Shown here: positions 11,848 to 23,765 of the stretch, piece after piece | How positions within the stretch are numbered: position 1 is the first letter of the stretch | How the letters are laid out: each line of letters starts with the position of its first letter | Assembly: GCA_043228905.1 (NCBI GenBank) | Contig: JBHGNT010000009.1 | Span: 20,832,001 to 20,896,000, forward strand | DNA from: Azolla caroliniana | Lineage: Eukaryota > Plantae > Polypodiophyta | DNA length: 64,000 nt | Direction: 5' to 3' | Program-made: the position numbers and the translations under genes | The notes under the pieces: model-generated | What the model saw: only the letters and a program-made list of their open reading frames with translations | Databases searched by the model: none | What the model was told of the DNA's origin: nothing

Positions 11848-13249
11848 TTGGGTCATTATTACTATTAAACCTACCATTTGTTTTGTTTTTCTTTTTTTAG
11901 CGCTCCATAAAGGTACATAGATAGTCATACCAACTATACCTACTCCCTTGGAGTAGTGCAAACTGCACATGTTCATGAGCAAACTTGTGCTTGTACAAAT
12001 GCTTAACTGAGCCTTTGGTTTATATAAGGTAACCAGTGTCTCTATCAAAGTTGTTGTCAGAAAAACAGTCTTTTTATTTGATTCTGATCCTCGATGAATT
12101 GAGCTATGTTCGTTCAATCAAACTCCACTACAAATTTTTATAATTTTATTTGGGAAAGAGAACTTGGCCAATGAGAATGCTTTACTGAAACAATGTTATG
12201 TTCTCCAAAGCTCACATGCTAAAATAACCATCTTTTCTGACATAAAAGGGGTTCAGATCCTGTTAATAATAATGTCTCAAAAAGAATTTAAAAGAGTTTT
12301 GCAGGGAATGGGAAAGTTTCATGTGTCTAATGTTACATTAAAGTTTATTCTTTCTTTTGTAAGTCAAGCACATGGATCCTAATCCTGGAGCATTGAAGTT
12401 AGTCTTTCTGCAGCTGGAAGTACCTTCCTGTGTAGAGGCTAGAATGGTCACTGTGATTTTGGTGTGAAAATGCAACCCTTTCTTATCTTGTATTGAAATG
12501 AAGCATTTAAAGTTAGCACCTTTTCTGCAATGTTCATAAGATTGTAACTGCATTTTCTCCTTCCGATTGGCATCTTTTGCATCGGCAAATCACGTCCATC
12601 AATAAGCAATAATGGGAACTCCAAATAGCCAGACAGTTTTTCTGCACATGCAGATTCGATGGTTCGAAATGGTTGTAAGAGCTCTTTAAAGGAAATTCCT
12701 GCCTTTCTAGAATACTACATGTTTCTCTTTAATTTTCTGCATTTTCCCAGAACGAAGGTATACTTCAAACAAATTGTTCTCTTGCAAAATATTACATTGT
12801 GATGTCTCATCATTTTCGGAAGTACAAAGATATTTGCTTCAAACAAATCGTTTTCTTGTAAACTATAAGTCACTGAGTTTTTTGGTAGCATCCATGCTAG
12901 CAGGCTGCAGCCCAATCCACCCTTGTCTTGTTTTGGTTGTTTCCAAAATCATCCTCTTCTTCATTCTCTCTCTCTCTCTCTCTTTCTCAAAGCTCTCTGT
13001 AAGTTCACTCTTGCCATCCTTTTCTATAGCCCGTTGGAAAGCTCTTTCAGAGACCTTTCTAAAGAATGTTCATTTACTGAATTCCGTTACCGTGTCGAGA
13101 AGTTATGAGCATTTTCATCCGCAACCAATTTTGCCCCACAGTTCCTCAAACGCAAGGTAGATTTTGAAGCCCTAAATCGAGTGAAAGGTACATTCTCTCT
13201 CCTTCCCTCTCTATCTCTCTCTTCCCGTAGGGTTTGCCGCAAAGTTCGG

Positions 13250-16200
13250 GGGTATGAAAATTGGACACGATGAGGCGGGATGTAAGTGAGATGAAAAATG
13301 TATGTACAATGAAGTCATGGGCGATGTATGTGGTGGGGATGTGTTATCAAACTCATCTAATATGCATGTGATGCATCAAGAGAAGAATATAGAAAGTATA
13401 GATGTCCGAGAATTGAAAGAACGTGAACGACGATCAAAGAACATTGTCGTCTGTGGGTTAAAGAAGAGAGTATGGAAACACCCGCATCCCTTGGAAAGGC
13501 CATTGGTAAATTTTTTAGCATGCATTATGGGATGTCAAATGTGAATGTATATGGGGCACACCGAGTTGGGAAACATGGTGTTACTTGCTCCGGAGAAAGG
13601 CCTATTGTATGCACAATGACAGATGATACAAAGCGGCAGATCATACTAAAAAATAGTTGGGTATACCTCAAAGGTACGCAATGCTTTGTGAGTGAAGATC
13701 GTACTATCTCACAACAAAATGCTCACCGTAAAACATATGAAGAAAGATTGAAAAATAAGGTTAAGGATGTGCCTAAAGATGGAAATGTAGGCAAATATGG
13801 AGACGTGATCTATGAGACTAACCCACGCCTTTTACGACTATGCTTTTGGAATTGCAATGGATATTCATGGAATGCAGGATTTGGTATAGAGGAGTTCATC
13901 GATGACTTAGATATCACACTTCTTGTTGAAACATGGGAGCATGATACTCAAAGGATTCAAGGTTTAGGAAACTATAATGTACACTCTTTGATATGGAAGA
14001 AAAATCTAAGACAAAGAAGAGGACAAGGAGGGGTGACATGTTTGATTAAGAAGGAAATCAAGAAATATGTGTTAATCATAAAAAATGATGAACATAAATG
14101 CTACATATGGCTCAAAATAGAAACACCTAATATTAGATTTACCCACTTTTGTAGTTGGATGTTACATTCCTCATGAAGATTCTAACTTTTATGCTTGTTT
14201 GGATAAAGATCAACCTTTTGCCAATCTAGAGGATGATATTGCTTATTTCAAATCCAAAGGGGAAGTTATTGTCTTTTGTGACATGAATGCTCATACAAGA
14301 AGTTTCCAACTTGATTCACAAGAATCTTTCATGCCACATATCTCAAGGATGCAAGAGGATATGCAAATGTATATCCACTCTTGTAACGATGAAAAAGATC
14401 GAGACCAATTTGGGAAGTTACTCTACAAATGTGCAATAGTATCGGATTGCTTATTGCAAATATCTCCCCTTACCCTACTTCGTTTGGTTCCACCACTCAG
14501 TCACGACTTAAGACATGAATGGTGGTATTTCCTTATGGCCCAACACTAATGGTTTTACACGTAGAAAACACAACGGAAATATTGTGATTGACTATGTGCT
14601 ACTTTTCGAAGGTATTTTGGATCGTATACATAAATTCTCACTTGGTGAATGGACACCGGAATCCGATCATAGGCCTTTATGTATTGATCTCAAATGTATG
14701 CATAGGTTTGATTGTGAGAAGGCTATTGAAGATAATAAACAACCGCACTTGAGCATGAACCTTAAGCGAGCACCCATGTATTCCAAGATGGTTGAGGATA
14801 TGTTACAAATGACAAAGATACAACATGGTGCCACACTAGAATGCAAATGGGAAGCTTTCAAGAAAGTCATTCTCTCATGTACAAACAAATGTTTTTCGAC
14901 CAACCGCACATCTTGGAAATGCACCAAGAAACCTAGGAAAAAATGGTTTGATAAAGAATGTCGTGAAGCTCGAAAGTGCCTTATGGTTTTGGATGTAGTT
15001 AAGGATAAAGAGAATTACCAAAAGCATTTGCATGAGTATAAAAGGCTTATTCAAAGAAAGAGAAGAATATGGGAAGTTACTCAACAATTTATCCAAACGC
15101 AAGAGAAAGCACATGCATGTGCTAAATTTTGGGGAAATCTAAAGGGAAAACGTGTTGAGAGTATGGTGACTTAACTCTTCACGACTTGTCTATGCATTGT
15201 AAGAATTTATATGAGTTATCTCTTGCCGGAAAGATGATGTGTTATGGTTCTCTTTTACATATGCCTCCCTTCTTTACAATTGAAGATATATGCATAGGAC
15301 TTAAGAAATTGGTCTCTCGAAAGGCAAGCGATCTTCAATGTATAAAGACTGAAATGCTCAAATGGACGGGAAAGGAAGCACATATATGGATAAGCGATAT
15401 GTTTAATGATGCATTGCAACATGGTATGTCGTATGATTGGACTACAAATTGGATCAAACCTTTACATAAAGGTGGAGATATAAATAATGTAAACAACTAT
15501 CGAACCATCATGGTTGACTCATTAATGGCAAAACTATTTGGATGTATAATGGAATCAAAGATAAGTGTATGGGCTAAAAAAAATGGTAAGAGAGCTTATG
15601 GACAAACTAGCTTTCGGAAACACCCGTCGAGTATTAATGGAGGAAAGTCGCCTTAGAGGTAAAGGTTTATATTGTTGCTTTGTAGACTTCAAGAAAGCTT
15701 TTGATATGGTACCTCGTGAGCATCTTTGGAGGCGAATGGAAGAACTTGAGGTGCCAAGTGAATATGTGCTTGCAATTTCCCGAATTTATGAGAAGGTTAC
15801 ATGTTGTGTGTGCATGAGAGATAAACTTTCAGATTTTTTCAAAAGCACTATTGGTGTTAAGCAAGGATGCCCACTCTCAACAATGAGCCACTTGAATGTG
15901 TGGAAAGCTTCAAATATCTTGGCCTTCAAGTTCCTTCAAATCATAGATGGAATGAATGTGCTACACGCCGCTTAGAGGCGGGTAAACGAGCATACTATGC
16001 ATTTGAGAACACATGCAATCTTGGAGATATCAAGTGTTGGGTCCTCAAGAAATATCTTTTCGACACTTTGGTGACATCGGTTCTTCTCTATGGGGTGGAA
16101 GTATGGGGCGATAGCATCCCTAAATCTATGTGGAAAGAGTTTGAAAATGTCCAAAAACATTTTCTTACAAAGTTTCTACAAGTTAAGAAACAAACGCCCT

Positions 16201-17010
16201 ATACCCTCCTCCTCCTTAAGACAAGATCGCTTCCCATTGAGATCATGGCAATGGAAAGGGTTGTTGAATACATGCTTAAGGTTCAAAAAAGTACCTCACG
16301 TCAACTTCCTAGAATTGCATGGGAAGCAAGCAAAAAGATCCAAAAGACGCATAAAAGCAAAATTTTGTGTTCCGATTGGATGCAAGATATAGAAAAATGG
16401 TTTGGTAGATGGGATGCGAGACACTTACTTCATGATGCATCATTAGATTCCTCTGTAAATGAGGCCTTTTTGCAACACCAATGTATCATGACATGGGACA
16501 AATGTGGAGACTCACGCTTCACACATTATACTACACATTTTGCACCTAACTACAAAACCATATTATTTGCAGAATGGGAAAATCGTACACATCGATACAT
16601 GTTAGAGCCCATACCGTTATCTACCATTCAAACCATTGCTTCCATGCGACTTAGCTCAGATGCATTGCGATGTGAAACAGGGCGTTAGGGCACAAGTGAT
16701 GAGAGTGGTCGATTATGCACACTTTGCCCTGAACAAGTTCGCAAGTCTGAGTATCACACTTTGATACAATCCTCTGGCTTTGATCATATTCGACCATGCT
16801 TTCCACATCTCTTCAGTCGAGCCCAATCCTTGCATGAATTCCTCTCACAACCACAATGTGCACTCTTGATTGCAACATTCATTGGTAAAGTTCTTGAACA
16901 TCAAGAGTCACTACTCACTTTCATACGTAGCACGTGAAATGTAATATTTTTGGTCTCATAGGTCATATTTGACCTCCGAAGACGATAATATAATCTATCT
17001 ATCTATCTCT
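13250..17010 (+). mobile_element. Degenerate near-full-length non-LTR retrotransposon (RTE-X/L2-like): ORF1, AP endonuclease, RT, CCHC finger, (TATC)n tail
   Basis: ORF1 has ERERRSKNIVVCGL and FVSEDRT. The endonuclease has CFWNCNG, LVETW, DMNA, IDYVL and SDHRPL. RT has NNYRTIMV, FVDFKKAFDMVPR, GVKQGCPLS and FKYLGL. The C-terminus has LRCETGR..RLCTLC...EYH, followed by the tail TAATCTATCTATCTATCT at about 16991-17008. The 5' boundary is uncertain (12950-13250) and the clade call is tentative. Confidence 0.9.
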
Positions 17011-18270
17011 GTATAAGTACACAATTATATGTACGTAAAGTCCAACCTGACCACAATTCTTAGTCTCCTCTACCTATCTATCCTATGTAGGGAGAGGGAC
17101 ATCCTCCTTAACCGCAAGAAAACCTGAATATGCATTTGCGAAAATTATCCCCACATGCTCTAACATCAAGAAATCCCACACATGCATACCTTTAAACTTC
17201 CTCATATAGGCTTTTATCCCTTTTCTACTATTAACATGAAAACATTACGCATATTCCAATTATGTTGCACTCCCCAATATCGTAAAAATTGGAACCATAT
17301 CTCCATCTCGTCCTTTGGATAATTTTGAACATATTGAGAAAAAAACCATTGTTGAGGCCTGAAATAACAACAGGTTGAAACTTGCCAAACATCCGATAAG
17401 TACTTGTACCATACTATAGGACTCTCTCTCCCTCGTATACTAAGAAATATAAAAAACATGACCATGAGATAATGGTATGCATGTGGATGTGTGACAACCA
17501 CACCCCAACACAAGTGGCACCCAAGAGATACTACAAATTAGCGAACGTCCCAACACTTTATTATCAAATGCATTTTTTTATGCATTACGTAATCAAGACA
17601 TTGCATTTTTTATCACATTGCATCAAGAACCATATCTTTTGATGCTTTGTCCTTGCATCAACTTTAAGATACGTAATCAAGACATGTATATAATTAGTGT
17701 TCCCATAAGCAAATCACATATACGATAACAAACCACATTTTTATGGAGGTGTAACTCTCCCTTTGTGCTCAAGGGAGAAAATACTTCATTGGTGACTCAT
17801 CTAAGAATCCTCGATATTATTGATCACATCAAACAGGATTGGAGTAAAAGTATCATGGTTTATGTCGTCACCGAACTATATACAGCAGATATAAGCACAT
17901 TAATAGAAAGAATGAGATTCGTAGATGGGCATCTCGCAATTTTTACTCCTGGCTCAGGATAACAACAATGTTACAGCCATTAAACAAATGTAGAAAAGCA
18001 TTATTATGTGTATCACAAATAGAATGACAGAGGCCCCTGTTTTTCATAATGGCAATGCCTTATACGACAAGGAAATGGAGAAAGAGAAATGCCTTGAACA
18101 TCAACCGAGGAAAACTAAAAGAATTAGCAAGAAATGTTGCAGCACAAATAATCATGGGGCATGTAAATGGATGTCAGAAACAATCCAAGAACAAAATGAG
18201 CAAAATCATAGTTTTAAGTATATCAAAACAATATACAACAAGACTCCCTTCAGTATAGTTGTCCTCAAAA

Positions 18271-21200
18271 TCAACTTGCAAGCTCGATTTTCCTTTTAGG
18301 TTTGCGCTTCCTCCATCCCTTGAATCAGCAAAGAGACATTCAGTTTGGGATAAAATTAAATAAGTGACCAATTTGTATACATTACATGTAGCACAGTAAC
18401 TTACAAAAATAAGGTAGTAGACAAACGTGATAATTGCCAACACCACAAACACAATTTGGAATACATTATATCTGCATTTGAAAGATGTTATAAATCAGAG
18501 CGATCCACAGATGTCTATTCCATGTTTAGAGTTAAGAGAAGTTCGATTACTAACCTAAACAAGTACTTAATGCCTCTTAAAGATTCCAAAGTATGTCCAA
18601 ATATATCTTGAACTGCTGTTGCCTCAGCATAAACACCAAAAGCAGTTGCAGAGAATTGGATAACGCTGCAATTCACAATGACCAGGCACAAAATATTGGC
18701 ACGCCAATTATAAGTTTAAATTTTGTAGATGTATAGGAGGATGCATTTAAGTAAAGTAAATACCTTATCGATGAAAGTAAAATAAGGCCAACATTAAAAA
18801 GGAAAGAATTCATCAATGTTCCTCCCCACCTGCAGAAATTGGGTGAAAATTCAATTAGTTGAATATACCTCAATATGCCAAAAAGGAAATACACCACAGA
18901 GAAATAATAGTAGGCAACATATGTATGCATGCAAAAAACAGCACTCCCCATTGTATCTATGTTTTGACCAGCCTTGCAATGGTGCATGTAAATTATAAGG
19001 GAAGTTGGGGTCTTACTTCATTGGATGAATTGTGATGAAGATGAGTCGCATTCCAAGTTGCATCTCACCAGCCATGACAGCCAAGAGAAGATACAAGCAG
19101 AAGAAAGCAAAAGCTGCTGTTCCTAAAAGTCCTGTTACAAATGAATCATAAATCAGCTTATAGAGCTACATACATGGACATCAGTGATATTACAGAATTG
19201 GGCATGCTTTATTGTGAAAAAAACATTACATCTCACTTGCTTTCACCAGATATTTTGATGAATAAAATAGTTTTCCAAACTGCTAATTTTTTTAAGTCAG
19301 AAAACACTGTTTGGTAAAAGAAACTGTACATTTTCATCCCTTAAAAATTTATCCACTTTCTTGCGCGAGTTCGACCTACATTTTTCCTTTAGAGAAAATC
19401 ATGTCACCCTACCTCTTAAACTTAATTCTTGAGAAAAATATATATATTTCTTACTTGGCCATCCTTTATTAACATCACTATACCAAGGCATTAATTGAAA
19501 TGTATTCCATAAATATTTATATATATGCAAAAGTTTCTTTTCTTGAATCTTAAATTGTTTTTGCCATATTACTTTTCTATCTATCTCTGATAAACAGCCA
19601 ATATATGACTCATCTTACTAATGTTCATTAAATATAACAGGTTATGGCCAAGTCTCTCCCACGGAAATGAGTCTCTTAACCACATATTGTAAAGAATCTA
19701 GTGAATACACCCTTCAAATCAAGGATTCTCCATATGCACGACTTTTCTTTCGAAAGTACAGGAAACATATTATTCCAAACACTATCCAACTTCGTAAAGT
19801 TATTCAGAATCTAGTTCTAATATCCCTCAAATCAATGATTACATTCAATTAGATGATGGACAGAGAGATGAGGCATATATGATATTACCCCAAACATTAT
19901 CCAACTTGATAAAAACGTCATTCAAAAAAGCTGATACCGGAGGTTCAATAAGCATGTAGAGTATGATATGAGCCACCCAGGCCACAGATACACACAATCT
20001 GCAAAGTTTGACCCAGCTCTGAAGTTTAGCAATAAAACTACCGTACACAGATTGAAACATTTTGGAAACCGTAATTCGCATGAGAATAGCACAAAATCCT
20101 GGCTTAAAATTATGAGATGTAAGTTTATTTACTTACCCTATGATTCCAAGAATTAAATTTGACAAATACCCTAAGACTGTCATAGCCCATGAAGAATCTG
20201 CCTGGAGCATAAATAACAGAGAAGAAAAAACACTACTTAGATCTATGAAGAGTTTAATACTTACGTCAAAATAAGCTCTCTTTAACCAAGTGAAATTACT
20301 CATTACTTGCTCTCCTTGAGGATAAACCTCCTCCAAAGATTTCACATCATCCTCAAGATCCAGAAGCTCCTGTATCAAAATATAATCACTTTGGTTGTCA
20401 GCATTGCATCAGCAAACAAGTTACATGAAACACAAACAATGAATGCAAATGGAATGTTAAGACATTTCATTGGTTGTGGCAGCTTGTAGAAAATTAACTG
20501 AAGCATTGCAACAATTCAACAACACGAGGAATTAGATAAGAGGCACAAAAACTACATGGACATTGCCCTTTTACAGGGGCATTATATTTACTGAAGCATT
20601 GCAACAATTCAACAACACGAGGAATTAGATAAGAGGCACAAAAACAACATGGACATTGCCCTTTTCAGGGGCATTATATTTACTGAAGCATTGCAACAAT
20701 TCAACAACACGAGGAATTAGATAAGAGGCACAAAAACTACATGGACATTGCCCTTTTACAGGGGCATTATATTTTTCATCCTTGTATGCTTGCCTACTCT
20801 ACTATATAGAGAAATTTTATAAAAAGGCTCCAGATTAAAAAATACATAGAGACTAACGAAACCTTATCGCTTTCAAAACGTTGAAGATACAGACAAATGA
20901 AAAAAGTGCCTTCAAAATCTTCCTAGTTTGCAACTGACCTTCTGAATTGTTTTCACATTCTTCCTCCATTTACGACCTTTCTTGCCATCTTTTTCTTCCC
21001 GATGAAGGGCTTGCGCTGCTTCTTTAATCTCCTTTGCACGTTTACCCAATTCTGTTGCCTCCTATAAACACAATTATTCACTTCAACATTGACCCAAGTA
21101 ATCTGTGCATAGCCATGAAAGTCAGAATGACTAGAAGGAAATATTAATGTGCATGTATGTCTCAAGAGCAGATAGGCAGCTATAAACTTGCATCTCTCTA

Positions 21201-22544
21201 TTCAGACAGCATGTTCAAATATTTGCATTATAAACCAGACCTTGATGTATTGAGCTCGAGTTATGGTCGCTTTAGGGCGCCGAATAAAGCTAAATATCAT
21301 GCTCAGAGGTAGGCAAGCTATTCCTACACCGCCAAAAATCTGCCACATTCATACAGAATTTTATTATGCCAATACATCTATGTCATACGCTGCATGGAAT
21401 TCAACAAATATGATAAACCGTTTCATTATAACATACAGAAAAGAGAATTGATCCAACAATCGTCATCAATGCCACGACGTATTCTGGAAAGGTGGTTGTA
21501 AATGTCCATGTAGCTTCAGCATTTGGGGTAGAATATGAGTAACACTGTCACAAATGGCCAAAAAAGTTAATGAAATTTCACAAAATATCATTTTTTAGGG
21601 AACTATTTTAAGCCATATACATGAGCCTAAACTTGATAAAGAAAAGATCAAAAGAATATTGGATGTAGACAGTAAAAGAAGCTCACAGATATTTTATCAG
21701 TAGCTGTGGACCCAAGGCATGGATGTGAGAGCGAAAGGGATGAAAAATCAGTAGTAAATGACGTAGTTGTTGACGAAAGATGCTGAACAGTAAAATCAAC
21801 CTTCCCAATAAGACCTGGCATCCAAACAAAATTGATACATTGGATTCCTTCCACAAAGTAGTCAATGCAAAGCAAAAGCACAATCACAAAATAGTCCTCC
21901 CATAACTGTATTTAAAAACAAAGAAATATACACTCTTATTATTTGCACCAGGGATAGTGGTTTTCTCATTCACATGCCTTTAATTTAATGTGAAACCATG
22001 TAGGCTTATCGAAAACTCTCACCATATAAGATGCCCAAAACAAGTCCCACCACAACCGCTGTCACAGCAACCCAAATTAACGCACCAAAAGCTCTTCGGA
22101 TTGCAGACCTACACACAATATCAGAATTTACAAAGGCTGAGTTTCTAGGCCATAGGTACTTTAGTTGCATTCAAACTCCCACTAGAAAACTTACTTATCT
22201 TGATCTCCTTCATAGTAGAAGATTGTGAAGGGGATAATAAAGAAAACAAGTATGGCATCAAGTATATATATTGCCAACCATAGTTGCTTCATAGGCAAGG
22301 TCAGATTGCAAGCCCCATTATATATAGAGCTTTGGCAAGCATGTTGATTTGCAATATCAGCTGGAAGCATCAAGATTGAAATCTCAGCAATTGAGAGGCC
22401 GAGTATGACAATAATCTTTGGAAAATATGCTTGGTTGGAATCATCAGGATGTTGATAGTTGATGAGGAGGTATGTGTTAAAGATAAGGGTTAAAAAGCAA
22501 ACGACAATGACTATTATAAGCAGCACCAGATTGAAGTCTCCCAT
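18271..22544 (-). CDS. LMBR1/LIMR family membrane protein (At5g01460-like), 14 exons, 512 aa
   Basis: Exons (GT-AG, phases consistent): 22544-22195, 22108-22023, 21814-21687, 21544-21437, 21339-21241, 21061-20939, 20369-20307, 20201-20137, 19998-19889, 19131-19017, 18829-18764, 18665-18555, 18471-18405, 18318-18271 (1539 nt). Motifs MGDFNL, YQHPDD.NQAYFPK, ILMLPAD.AN, FYYEGDQDK, IFGGVGIACLPL, IHPMKWGGTLMNSFLFNV. Confidence 0.95.
20497..20775. repeat. Near-perfect tandem triplication (92-93 bp) in LMBR1 intron 6
   Basis: ACTGAAGCATTGCAACAATTCAACAACACGAGG...GGGGCATTATATTT starts at 20497, 20590 and 20682. Confidence 0.97.
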
Positions 22545-22699
22545 GGAGCAAAAGCTTGGCTTACTCTTTCTTTCTTTCTTTCTTTAATGTGGATTTCTCT
22601 CTTTCTGCCTCACTTTCTTCAAGGTGAGGTAAAGAAGACACAAAGATTGATAGCAAAAAGGGAACCAATCAGCGCATAAAGAAATATTTGTTATCTTCA

Positions 22700-23155
22700 A
22701 AAATGTAGACCCTAAAATGCAACTTTAAATGAAAAATAGAAGTCTTAAACTGCAGCCAAAAAAAATGCAAGCTATAGCCTGTAACCATGGCTGAAAACTG
22801 CACATCCTAACCTTCAACGTTGGCTAAAAAAAGTATACCCTAAAATGCGTCTTCTGCTAAAATACTGCAACTTTTGGCTGAAAAACGTAAAGTCTAATCT
22901 GCAATCGTTGCAATCTCGGCTAAAGATTTCAAACCCTAATCGTCAACTTTGGCAGAAGAACATAGGCCCTAATCTGCAACCACGGCACTAAAACATTACC
23001 GGAAAAAACTCTAAATCTGAAAATTAGGCTCAAAAATGCAACCATAATCTGCAACATTTCCTAGAGTAACAGAAACTTCTGCCAGAAATTAAATGTAGAC
23101 CCTAACCTGCAACTAACGAAACTGTATGTGAAGAAATGTAAAACCCAAACCTGAA
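22700..23155. repeat. Highly degenerate minisatellite (about 33-37-bp unit, core CCCTAA-TCTGCAAC...GGCTAAAAA) upstream of the LMBR1 ATG
   Basis: About 10 imperfect recurrences, e.g. gaccctaaaatgcaac, catcctaaccttcaac, agtctaatctgcaatc, aaaccctaatcgtcaac, ggccctaatctgcaac, gaccctaacctgcaac. Confidence 0.65.
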
Positions 23156-23644
23156 AAAGAGGGGATTTCCGAATCACAGAATTCTAGCGGTCTTCACGAT
23201 CAAAGCAACAGATCCATCCTTGGCTGACGACGCATCATAACAGCGAGAGAGTCAAGCATGGCGCAATCAGCAGCAGCGATTGGGAGAATCCTTTGTACTG
23301 CTTCTCACCTCTTTCTTCTGCTAATTTCTCCACAGCCAAATTTATAGATGTACCTCACCTTCTTCCAATTTACAGAATTGGCCCTTTTCCTTCCCTCCAT
23401 ATGCTTCTTCTTAAACACACACATACATTATAATTATTATTATATGTAACATAGTATGTACATACATACATATATTATGTATTGTCCAATGCTCTCTTCT
23501 CTATATCTATGAACACACTCAAGACCTGCATAGTAGAGTAGGAAACTTAGCGGCTAGAGGTAAGTAAGAGTCTCGCCTTGCCATTTGCAATCATTTCAAA
23601 TGCATATATACCTAGTTCGCTCATTGTCTGCCAGCCATGGTAAC

Positions 23645-23662
23645 ATTGTGTGTATTGTGTGC

Positions 23663-23696
<34 letters not shown>

Positions 23697-23765
23697 GCGT
23701 GTTTGTTTGTTTGTTTGTGTGTGTTTGTGTGCGTTTGTGTGCGTTTGTGTGCATGTATCTGTGCT
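23645..23765. repeat. (TG)n / (TGTT)n microsatellite
   Basis: Seen directly. Confidence 0.95.

Noticed and set aside
20497-20775. CRISPR-like or snoRNA-cluster interpretation of the triple repeat
   Set aside because: The units are contiguous with no unique spacers, there are no cas genes, the context is a eukaryotic intron, and no C/D or H/ACA boxes are evident.
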